Assembly: GCA_049423385.1 (NCBI GenBank)
Contig: JBMSQQ010000008.1
Span: 1-52,266 of the forward strand
DNA from: Silvanigrellaceae bacterium
Lineage (GTDB): Bacteria > Bdellovibrionota_B > Oligoflexia > Silvanigrellales > Silvanigrellaceae
Direction: 5' to 3'
Length of the DNA: 52,266 bases
Shown: in pieces, positions 9,001-14,749 of the stretch
Layout: each line of letters begins with the position of its first letter
How positions within the stretch are numbered: position 1 is the first letter of the stretch
Notes under the pieces: model-generated
What the model was told of the DNA's origin: nothing
What the model saw: the letters and a program-made list of their open reading frames with translations, nothing else
The model's database searches: none
Translations under genes and position numbers: made by a program

Positions 9001-11476
9001 TGTTTTCTGCATCATAGAGTTCCAGTGCGGTTGCAATTTGCTCATAGGTCACAACAACTTCTTCGGCAGCCTTGACAGGTACTGCACCCGCATTTTGTGC
9101 ATTTGCAACCTTGAACTCTGGCGCCTGGTTGACTGCGACAACCTGGAAGTTGACACCCAATTGTCTTTCGCTCGCGAGAGAACCATCCCATCCTTCAACA
9201 ACGAAACCTTGCAAAGACCTGTTGTAGTAGCGTGAAGGAGGTGTCCATTCCCAAACATCGCCTGGGCTCAAAATTGCGCCTGCCGCAAGTGGGGTGGTGC
9301 TTCCCTTCAGGTAAACAGCCTCACCGTTGCTTCCATTCACACTCACAAGACGGAACTTCAAATTTGCCGTATCCACGTCGCGCAAATCCGAGTTGGCCAG
9401 CAACTTTTCATAACTGATGAAATAAGGAGAGCCTTCCACCGCATTCGGGAAAGGTTGAATGGTGGTCAGTACAGGAGCATCGTTGACCGGGTTCACCTGA
9501 ACAGAGATTTGAGTTTCAAGTTGACTGAACTCAATTCCATCGTAAGCAGCAACACGGAATGCCTGAACTGGAACCTGAACTCCAACCGCATCCAGTGGAG
9601 GACGCCACGAAATTGTCTCGTCTGCCGGAATCACATCTCCCACGTTGACGGCAATACCATTTGAGCGCGTAAGTGCACCCTGATTGATACCTGTCACCTT
9701 GAAGGTCAAGACATTAAGATCGACGTCTGCCGCCTCGGTAATCTCTTTGAGCCGACCGTTGCTGAAATTGGTGGGTGAATCTTCCAAACCATCCAACACC
9801 GTGACTGCCGCCCGCAATGTCGGCACATCATTGACAGGCGCAACCGAAACTGTCACCGCAACGGGCGATGTGGACTCAAGTTCACCGTCATAGGCAACCA
9901 TTTTGAATGGCGACAAACTGCCGTTTGCATTTGCAGATGGCGTCCAGGATACAAATTCGCCCGGACCGACCAGTGTGCCAATCTGGACTGGCACTCCACC
10001 CTTCAAGGTCAAACCGTTTTCGAGCGAAGTCACCTTGAAGTAGACTTGCCCAGAGTCCTTGTCGAAAAGATCTGAAGACCCCTTCAAGGTTTCGTAGGTC
10101 AGAATCATGGGTGTATCTTCGCGACCACCGGAAATTGTGTTGACGTTTGCCAACACTGGCGCTTCATTTGCACCTTGAACATAAACAGTGACATCCACCG
10201 ACCGTTGAGTGAGCGTGTCACCCAGCAAAGCGGTCAGCTTGAAAGCTTTTTGACCTTCCTTGGCAGACAGCGGAGGAGTCCACTCCAGACGTTCGCCTGG
10301 AACCCACAATCCACCCTGGAACATCTTCACGTCGCCCTTGCGCAACTCACCCGAGTAAATCGAGCTCAACAAGAAGCGCGTGCGAGATGCATCATCAGGA
10401 GAGAATCCACATTGCGACAAAACGTCGGCAAAGCTGATGGTCAATGCGCGATTCGAAATACCACCAAAAAGGGTCACCCCTCGGAGTGTGGGAGCCTCTT
10501 CCAGAACCTTGACCGTTCCTGAGGGAGTCCCCGTGAATGCTTGTTGAACGGTTTGTGCGAGAGTGTCCTTGTCCTCTTGGGACACCGTGGTTCCCAATCC
10601 AGAAATGATGCCTTCCGAAAGTCCTGCCTTGGTGTCGGTGAGAATCGAAGCAGAGAGAGAGGTCTGGCTGAGTCCTTCCACGATGCGGTTCGAGATTTCC
10701 CGCACGGCACTGGTCAGTTTGTCCGCAGGAAGCCCAACGGAAGCAAGCTTTTCAGACACAGCCACAGCAACAGAACGAGCAATCTCGTTGGCTGTTCCTT
10801 CCTTGGCGGCACCCGAAGACAAACCGGCAGCAATCGCTGCCACCGAATCCACAAGCTGTTCACTCGACACCTTCAAATTGCCAAGATACGACACCGATTG
10901 ACCAGCGATTTCCTTCATGACGTCTGTAATATTCGTGTTCGAAATACCACTTGCAGAGAGGTTTCGACCGATTTCCGTCATGGAGGCTTGGGCAAGGAGG
11001 GAGATGGGCATCGTGAAGGATCTGTCGTTTGCGGATTTCGACACAATCAAGCCACTGTTTGCAATGGAAAGTGTGTATTGCTTTTGCTCCTCTGGAGAAA
11101 GATCAGCCTTGATCTCGGAAATGGCACGCATTGCACCACGCACTGCGGCACGCAACGCCAACGCAGCGTCAATGCCTTCTGCGCCGACGTCATCAACATT
11201 GAGCTTCAGCTGCAATGGTCCTTCAACAGGTTTTGCATAACGAATTTCAGCAAGCGCAGCGCGCGAAATGCTGTCGACTCTTTCTTTTGGGGCATTTGCC
11301 TTGCGCAGCTGATCTTGAATCACCCAGACGGCATGGTTACCAATCGAGTCGTAGTCGAGGTCTTCGAGGGTGGCAGCGGTTTGAGGCACAATCGAAGAGA
11401 CACGGCTTTCCTCGCAACCCGAGAAAACCGTCATCCCAAGAAGGCTGGCTATGACCAGGACCTTGATGTGCTTCAT
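1..11476 (-). CDS. Giant repetitive surface lipoprotein/adhesin (>3,825 aa, 3' end outside window) with ~27 cadherin-like/bacterial Ig-like repeats
   Basis: Manually translated. ATG at 11476 with GAGAGG RBS; N-terminus MKHIKVLVIASLLGMTVFSG-C (lipobox). The same frame was checked at ~9485 (VNDAP), ~5178 (VNQAP), ~1083 (VNDSP) and ~30 (VNQAP). The ORF track has no terminated ORF from this start, consistent with no stop before the left edge. Recurrent VNxxP...GAxEDTPFxIxY...DxD...WTP..NANG..AF...DG motifs. Confidence 0.9.
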   Translation of the reverse strand, partial: MKHIKVLVIASLLGMTVFSGCEESRVSSIVPQTAATLEDLDYDSIGNHAVWVIQDQLRKANAPKERVDSISRAALAEIRYAKPVEGPLQLKLNVDDVGAEGIDAALALRAAVRGAMRAISEIKADLSPEEQKQYTLSIANSGLIVSKSANDRSFTMPISLLAQASMTEIGRNLSASGISNTNITDVMKEIAGQSVSYLGNLKVSSEQLVDSVAAIAAGLSSGAAKEGTANEIARSVAVAVSEKLASVGLPADKLTSAVREISNRIVEGLSQTSLSASILTDTKAGLSEGIISGLGTTVSQEDKDTLAQTVQQAFTGTPSGTVKVLEEAPTLRGVTLFGGISNRALTISFADVLSQCGFSPDDASRTRFLLSSIYSGELRKGDVKMFQGGLWVPGERLEWTPPLSAKEGQKAFKLTALLGDTLTQRSVDVTVYVQGANEAPVLANVNTISGGREDTPMILTYETLKGSSDLFDKDSGQVYFKVTSLENGLTLKGGVPVQIGTLVGPGEFVSWTPSANANGSLSPFKMVAYDGELESTSPVAVTVSVAPVNDVPTLRAAVTVLDGLEDSPTNFSNGRLKEITEAADVDLNVLTFKVTGINQGALTRSNGIAVNVGDVIPADETISWRPPLDAVGVQVPVQAFRVAAYDGIEFSQLETQISVQVNPVNDAPVLTTIQPFPNAVEGSPYFISYEKLLANSDLRDVDTANLKFRLVSVNGSNGEAVYLKGSTTPLAAGAILSPGDVWEWTPPSRYYNRSLQGFVVEGWDGSLASERQLGVNFQVVAVNQAPEFKVANAQNAGAVPVKAAEEVVVTYEQIATALELYDAENTVPIAEYRKGKPVLVIERVDFGVLRKNGELVLPGETTLEPGQSWAWTAPSDRLGIADALIVRARDVDGLYSRSTATYRFEVQARDNRKPTLTSVSVLQGAREDTFYTLKYEDLLSASNAADLDNNALVFRIRELKSGELKKGDTVITAGMLSGSGVLVGPGDVLTWTPVLNDFDPARVGFTVSVFDGRLDSAEENGVANAAQFVPVAFNVSAVNDVPVLGAFSTLSLDKDGVAIKEDTPVKLTFSQLYFAATKSDVDDEVLASPDPNKTFKHKFVVDSVAVGSQLLLNGVLATPGTEITSATTTIEWQPPTNAYGQISAFYLKLRDDKGSDSLTTANSSSVNVDLLAQNDAPVITLPPNGLGVVDRIQGAMEDIPFVLTYDALLSKLRPYLSDVDGSTYEFKVAPVADNSGVATLGTLSKGSTILSLGDKARVQPGDALVWLPPLHTDGVLTAFAVQAFDGALESVTVANLQVVIQPINHAPSVITANTIAAAKNVTLTLTQIQLAQVLSYADVENVKVPANGSCAESPNASFKVIDIPSGELYRKVGTDAPVKVAVGAVFLPCDEMQWKPPLNALGIYQGVRFRAYDDEGLMSPSTAMLSFDIAGSNAAPYFASATPQVLGNAKQDLSRSIGYNELLSATGALDAEGATLRFFVSPGISTSGVQSKLYKGTTLITAETEVGPGETLLWNPPAQLYGELSAFTVKVFDGEKYSEDNVTTAGVDESLVTLKVQVDRVNRVPVINTTPILAGAGTDRAYEDTFYEITTAQLQAATNASDPDLNETIRFRLSSTIPVQGTLEFEVNSTWQPVSTGTGDTLGAGYASKWRWKAPALAHGAIQAFGIQPFDGDAASGLNPVSTPVTVKVESVNNVPTLGKGAPGPLAIDTFNGIEDKVFAFNYETLFAAGAPNDVDGDVLKFKFVATADGTLYRSGMSVPVAAGDLLAPGETWFWLPPANENTSTLNKAAGHTAFTVVVNDGLADSVSALPVKVMLAPVNDIPVVGTVSKITPPAAKNDGTSTGYWISYAHIKAAVPATDVETANVDNIQYRIESVGSGTLRLGQFQTGPVVTTGKPMLISAGGNLSTTASSLNWTPPLNAFNQTFLVMTVRAWDGTDFSAETHEVRIDVTGSNAPPTLNAGFTLGSSSNRAAGTTQNTPLVISYETLKTAGNVQDTDLSTVFLQITRVESGRVNIAGTDYAVGDYPEGNAAGVLRLAPGEKLTWYPASYPDAAAKGEDGSAPSAFRFKAYDNVDLSGGNNNTDRTIGTSLVKVNVQAVNQAPVLNGTALFPDGLRNKEYQITFNQLAQALNVRDEEDINPALDVATSPTKYDSINFKVTEVLSGQYLRIGATSGSAQALSAGNDTVTQNKSIFWRPPYNGALTYDAFNVRVFDSSNSPSATTGKVSITVSGSNVAPKLTSFAKYYNDGVQDTPYVISFNALQTALGITDEDSAVTSFVVTSISNGKLMVGAKQLSAAPTPNLIPPTGNNLFNLNETLVYIPTQYLNGDNLPVFRVRAWDGFAASTDEAEVTIKLARLNQIPTLNSVQSLTGATQNQPYEFTYYNLRDKTDAYDYEESLLAPTKNLRFKVASINSGLLKRASNTSGGAPYTYDQTLGAESVIDLADRLAWEPALNANGLLNAFSIVAYDTDNASSQQPIPVYINTSAVNNLPVFSASSTFVSGAREDIPFVISYQMIKDAYPGTDVESGETLTYQITAVDNNNGTLLKAGTQVVPPAFVFPGESVTWTPSANKNSDNSKTTDNPAGLITAFTVKLRDNNPVTPGVSVASKNVEVAVAAVNDQPYFTNAGNVAQLQVNATKNQSAGYPISFAAVRAVLPVFDVENANDDIEYYVESVNSGTLCLGSTNACVSDPASANNIANIALPNKGILVSALPSGTKATDFNWTPPKNATGDFLIMRVRARDKDGEYTATARDVKVTVTGSNYVPTILSSIRLGEQTLEQGGATTVGTSQNVPLLITYDTLLKASRAADQDETPLYLQITELKTGTLKVGSTTYTPAVFGTPLLVSPGEWISWKPAAEKNGVGAQALDAFVMKAYDNQASSSDCLVQVNVAPVNQPPTLLSQNVTPKSGPRNGTTSISFLELAQDLQVADPDVVDVPVSPDPAAATPASKYAKVLFKVEQIGQGQQLKKGTDPTGTGAVTVGVGASVGPGEYLFWTPPSNKTGVFNAVSVTVWDRSGALTPIASIPSVSMGTYRVDVQGVNVSPVLNNANVTLGNAKENEPYTISWTTLKTQAGLQADPDSETTWFVVTDVQNGVLKKNGTTIMPFTSVTVAAPADARLGQNEDMVFVPNQYLNNTNGDPVIFKMRAFDGTVDAGNTGYSSTEVTVKLTLDAVNQIPQMSVAPEFKGTDAISEFSSVAGLAPNINTCESSTPKTCLVFDHAKLLSLTNATDVEVGQSTQTLMFRVKSKVSGTLEKSVSGGGWATVSANVDDIQAVPAGQTGEKWRWTPDVDSNGILTAFTIVARDSAGGESVAELPVTVQVNSVNNLPYFANTLPVLPLPDSGTEDSGLVITHEMLRTAFPGLDSVKEPGLLSYAIVAAPGTPNVPEFVPSPNNSSFKKNGVSVDPAILPASPVVIQPGESVVWTPALNQNGSIAAFDIRLLDSAGGFSVDSKRVVVNVVAVNDSPVIVGTAKLRVEMSTFSLTGTITTNSDFITNISDTKDIDLGMNVSGDGIPFNATVISKSSDRIQLSAPANKSGTQTIKYTTRTDAAQNSAFIFKYSDIKAAVAVQDVETTNLDDIQYIIESVNSGNLYLGNDKATSPNAASQAKRPRIVFSDTDTDASTTQILAWDPPRNALGEYNVMTVRAVDIGNPEAFSAQAVEVRVMINGNNQKPTITTTVSMGSGTSGNGYTKQNIPAYIDYATLRAATNAADADDQPVYFRFTEIRSGTLTIGSNSYTPGSPLIPIPVVGPGERFVWRPVAEAHSYSGATEAALEAFKLVATDNIVDANATTPVAGLSTSAEATVSIWVDKVNQAPKINANA
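20..10510 (-). repeat. Array of ~27 diverged protein-level repeats (mostly ~115-150 aa) within the giant lipoprotein
   Basis: N-x-x-P-type linkers read at approx. 10500, 10170, 9835, 9485, 9130, 8745, 8362, 7955, 7568, 7155, 6793, 6398, 6018, 5617, 5178, 4775, 4402, 4010, 3620, 3185, 2790, 2350, 1950, 1498, 1083, 458 and 30; spacing mostly 330-450 bp. No near-identical DNA repeats were noticed. Confidence 0.8.
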
Positions 11477-11660
11477 TCAAATAACCTCTCTGCATTCCCA
11501 TCCTCGGACCCTTTGGGCAAAACTTTGAGGGCAAAAATGTCCTCCCTCGTCGGGGTTCCGTCGGAGGCGTCAAAACCCTCCACAAGTGTCTGAAAATCTG
11601 GACAACTTTGTATTCACGAACTAGAGTGCGGCGAGCTCAACCAATGGGAATAAATAGACA

Positions 11661-13121
11661 ATGCTAACCCTGAAGAATTTTATTGGCGGACAGTTCATTC
11701 CCCCGACAGGCGGAAAATTTTTACCTGTCGAAAACCCGTCACGTGGCGAAATCTTTGCAGAATGTCCGGATTCTGACGCAGCCGACGTCGGCAAGGCTGT
11801 TGCAGCTGCAAAAATTGCCCAACCAGAATGGCAGGCTTTTGGCGCCCAGCGTAGATCTGAAATTCTCATGAAAATTGCCGACTTAATCGAAGAGCGCTTG
11901 ATTCAGTTCGCCGAGGCGGAGTCCCGTGATCAAGGAAAGCCGGTTTCGCTCGCCGCTCAAATGGATATTCCCCGTTCAATCAGCAACTTCCGTTTTTTCG
12001 CCACGCGCCTTCTGAACCTCGAGGACAAAGTCTTCAAAAGCACCGAGTTTGTTTTTCACTATGTCGAACGCTCTCCCGTGGGGGTGCTCGGGCTCATCAC
12101 GCCCTGGAATTTGCCGCTCTACCTGCTGACCTGGAAAATTGCCCCCGCCCTGGCGTTTGGCAATGCGGTGGTTTGCAAGCCTTCGGAACTCACCCCGCTG
12201 ACAGCGCACATGCTGTGTGAAGTTCTCGACAAGGCAGGTGTTCCACCCGGAGTGGTCAACATGCTTTTCGGCACCGGCCCCCGGGTTGGACAAGCGATTG
12301 TGGAACACAAGGACGTGAAGGCCATTTCGTTCACCGGTGGCACACTCACAGGCCAACACCTGGCACGCACGGCAGCACCCATGTTCAAAAAGCTCAGTCT
12401 GGAACTTGGCGGCAAGAATCCAAACATCATTTTTGCAGACGCAGATTTTCAATCTGCACTTCAAACCACAGTCCGTTCGAGTTTCTTGAACCAGGGTGAA
12501 ATCTGTCTGTGTGGTTCGCGCATCTATGTTGAAAGATCCATTTATCCCCGTTTTGTTGAAGAACTTGTGAAACTCACAAAGGAGTTCACTGTGGGTGATC
12601 CTGGCCATCCCGACACCCGCATGGGAGCCTTGGTGAGCAAGAGCCATCTGGAAAAAGTCGACAGTTACGTGAAGATCGCCTTGGCAGACGGCGGACGAGT
12701 CCTGTGCGGAGGAAAGCGCGCAAACCTCAAGCCTCCATTCTCTGCCGGACACTTTTACGAACCAACAATTCTGGTCGACGTCCCACATCACAGTCGCGCC
12801 ATCCAGGAAGAAATATTCGGGCCTGTTGTGACAATCACGCCATTCGAGAATGAAGCCGAGGCATTGCGGCTGGCCAACGAGACCCAATATGGACTCGCAG
12901 CTTCCCTGTGGACAGAAAATCTTTCGCGCGCACACCGCGTTGCAAGTGCAATTGAAGCTGGAATCGTTTGGGTCAACGGCTGGATGTTGCGCGATCTGCG
13001 CGTTCCTTTCGGCGGGGTCAAGGCTTCAGGTGTGGGCCGCGAAGGAGGCGACTGGTCTTATGATTTTTACACAGAAACAAAAGACATCTGCATTCAAATA
13101 AAGCCCAACCCATCGGCCTGA
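11661..13121 (+). CDS. Aldehyde dehydrogenase, 2-aminomuconic/2-hydroxymuconic semialdehyde dehydrogenase (ALDH8-like) family
   Basis: 486 aa; ITPWNLPLYLLTWKIAPALA, FTGGT, LELGGKNP, catalytic FLNQGEICLCGSR, EEIFGPV; adjacent RidA-type deaminase. Confidence 0.88.
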   Translation: MLTLKNFIGGQFIPPTGGKFLPVENPSRGEIFAECPDSDAADVGKAVAAAKIAQPEWQAFGAQRRSEILMKIADLIEERLIQFAEAESRDQGKPVSLAAQMDIPRSISNFRFFATRLLNLEDKVFKSTEFVFHYVERSPVGVLGLITPWNLPLYLLTWKIAPALAFGNAVVCKPSELTPLTAHMLCEVLDKAGVPPGVVNMLFGTGPRVGQAIVEHKDVKAISFTGGTLTGQHLARTAAPMFKKLSLELGGKNPNIIFADADFQSALQTTVRSSFLNQGEICLCGSRIYVERSIYPRFVEELVKLTKEFTVGDPGHPDTRMGALVSKSHLEKVDSYVKIALADGGRVLCGGKRANLKPPFSAGHFYEPTILVDVPHHSRAIQEEIFGPVVTITPFENEAEALRLANETQYGLAASLWTENLSRAHRVASAIEAGIVWVNGWMLRDLRVPFGGVKASGVGREGGDWSYDFYTETKDICIQIKPNPSA

Positions 13122-13160
13122 TTCACGCAGTTGCCAAACACATGCAAGGATGAACGAACC

Positions 13161-13616
13161 ATGACCATCAACAGCAATCAAAATTCAGCAGAGAAACAGG
13201 CCGTTTCGATCTTCTCGTCGGTTGCGCCCGAGGCTGTCGGACCCTATCCACACGCCAAACGCTTTGGCGATTTGATCTTCGTTTCGGGCATTGGTCCGCG
13301 CGAGCGCGGCAAAAAGGAAATTCCGGGCGTCACACTTTCGGCCAACGGCGAAGTCGTCGAATACGATATCGAGATTCAAACCCGCTCGGTGATTGAAAAC
13401 ATTCGCACCATCCTGCAGGAAGCGGGTTGCGATCTTTCCGACATCATCGACGCACAATGTTTTCTCACCGACATCAAAAAAGACTTCAAAAAATTCAATT
13501 CCGTTTATGCCAGCTACTTCAATGCAGACAGCGGCCCCAGTCGAACAACTATTGGCGTCACTGGATTGCCAACGCCAATTGCCGTCGAGATGAAAGTGAT
13601 TGCAAAGGCACGCTGA
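13161..13616 (+). CDS. RidA/YjgF family protein, probable 2-aminomuconate deaminase
   Basis: APEAVGPYPHAKRFGDLIFVSGIGPR...FNSVYASYF...PSRTTIGVTGLPTPIAVEMK; ATG 13161 with AAGGA upstream; directly follows the ALDH8-like gene. Confidence 0.85.
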   Translation: MTINSNQNSAEKQAVSIFSSVAPEAVGPYPHAKRFGDLIFVSGIGPRERGKKEIPGVTLSANGEVVEYDIEIQTRSVIENIRTILQEAGCDLSDIIDAQCFLTDIKKDFKKFNSVYASYFNADSGPSRTTIGVTGLPTPIAVEMKVIAKAR

Positions 13617-13692
13617 TTTTTCGGGCGAGTGGATGTTGGCGATTGATTTCGAATGGTGAAGTTTTTTGAGCGTGAAGAATTCAGCGAGGCAC

Positions 13693-13726
13693 AAAAAAAT
13701 CCCCGGCATGAGCCGGGGATTTTTTT
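13693..13726. terminator. Bidirectional intrinsic terminator
   Basis: AAAAAAATCCCCGGC-ATGA-GCCGGGGATTTTTTT perfect hairpin with A/T tracts between convergent ridA-like and rpmG genes. Confidence 0.85.
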
Positions 13727-13759
13727 ACCGAGCGAAGCAAACCCGCAGAGGATGGAAGA

Positions 13760-13924
13760 TTAGATCTTCGATTCGCGGTGGATGATGTGCTTCTTGGTGA
13801 ACTTGCAGTATTTCTTGAGTTCAATTTTCTTGGTCGTTGTCTTTTTGTTCTTGTCGGTCACGTAAACCGATCCCGTCGGTTTGCCTTTTTCGTCGATTCC
13901 TACAAGTTTAATCAGCTCGCGCAT
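13760..13924 (-). CDS. rpmG: 50S ribosomal protein L33 (non-zinc-ribbon type)
   Basis: 54 aa MRELIKLV...[47 protein letters not shown] before ATG 13924; no CxxC pairs. Confidence 0.92.
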   Translation of the reverse strand: MRELIKLVGIDEKGKPTGSVYVTDKNKKTTTKKIELKKYCKFTKKHIIHRESKI

Positions 13925-14000
13925 TGTTTGCTCCTTTGAATCCGCATGATCACAGCGCGGCACTCACCAGGGGGTGTGCATCCACGTTGAAAGTCCGGAT

Positions 14001-14029
14001 GTGATAATGACAGAGACGAAAGGCGTCAA
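14001..14029 (-). promoter_or_regulatory. Putative sigma70 promoter for rpmG
   Basis: Minus strand TTGACG-N17-TATCAC about 80 bp upstream of the rpmG start. Confidence 0.5.
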
Positions 14030-14032
14030 GCC

Positions 14033-14749
14033 TCATTTCAGATTGTTGGGAGGATTGCCGGGGGCGACTCCGTCTTTGCCGCGATAAGCGCTCAGGTCCG
14101 ACCATCCATTGACGGGCTTAGCCCCCTGAAGTGATTGAACATTTCTCTGAAGGTTGGGATCAGCATCGGGGGCATTCGTGGCCCGGAAGGTCCCGATACA
14201 CTCTCCACCCACAGGGTCTCCATTGCGGCTGGGGTGGGAAACCCACCGGCATCCCGTGCTCGCATTGGCTTCGCAGGTCCCTTTGTCGCGCCTGAAAACC
14301 CTGCAAGTGGGTGCACCCTGAATGATTTTGGACTCGCCCGGAACCGGAGCAGCCACCAGCTTTTCAAAGGAGGCAGGAGTTTCACAGGCTTTTTTGTGAG
14401 CTTCCTTGACGATGAGCGACCGCTTGGCCCCCTCACCCAAGACTCGCATGTAGGGCATCACCGGGGTTTGAGCACTGGTTCCCAAGGCCGCTTCACAAGG
14501 AATGAACATGTCCCGTTCTTCGTTGCTTGGCTGAAATGCTTCGCCGCATTGAACCTCGTTGCATCTGTACACAACCCGCGGGCGCAGTTCGTCCCGTGCC
14601 GCGGTTTGTGGAAGAATCCTGAACCCTGCGTTTTTGCCGCTTGTGAGTGATTCAAAAGTCGTCTCGCTGACCAGTTCACCGGAGCGCTTCAGACAAGCTG
14701 AACTCCCAATCGTCAACATCAAACCAACGAACAGACTGATTGACCTCAT
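14033..14749 (-). CDS. Hypothetical Cys-rich lipoprotein
   Basis: 238 aa; signal MRSISLFVGLMLTIGSSA-C; several Cys; ATGA overlap with the stop of the upstream gene. Confidence 0.7.
   Translation of the reverse strand: MRSISLFVGLMLTIGSSACLKRSGELVSETTFESLTSGKNAGFRILPQTAARDELRPRVVYRCNEVQCGEAFQPSNEERDMFIPCEAALGTSAQTPVMPYMRVLGEGAKRSLIVKEAHKKACETPASFEKLVAAPVPGESKIIQGAPTCRVFRRDKGTCEANASTGCRWVSHPSRNGDPVGGECIGTFRATNAPDADPNLQRNVQSLQGAKPVNGWSDLSAYRGKDGVAPGNPPNNLK

Noticed and set aside
1..10510. Possible CRISPR array, DGR template/variable repeats or DNA-level tandem repeats
   Set aside because: Periodicity is only at protein-motif level; no identical repeat-spacer pattern, and no reverse transcriptase or cas gene in the window.
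455..11593. Many + strand ORFs up to 393 aa (e.g. 3143-3973, 4688-5527, 6581-7738, 8054-9235, 10541-11593)
   Set aside because: Antisense shadows of the giant minus-strand gene; unnatural R/C/H-rich composition and no recognisable motifs.
11477..11660. Possible c-di-GMP riboswitch in front of the adhesin
   Set aside because: No GEMM-I/II consensus could be matched on the minus strand by eye; an Infernal scan would settle it.
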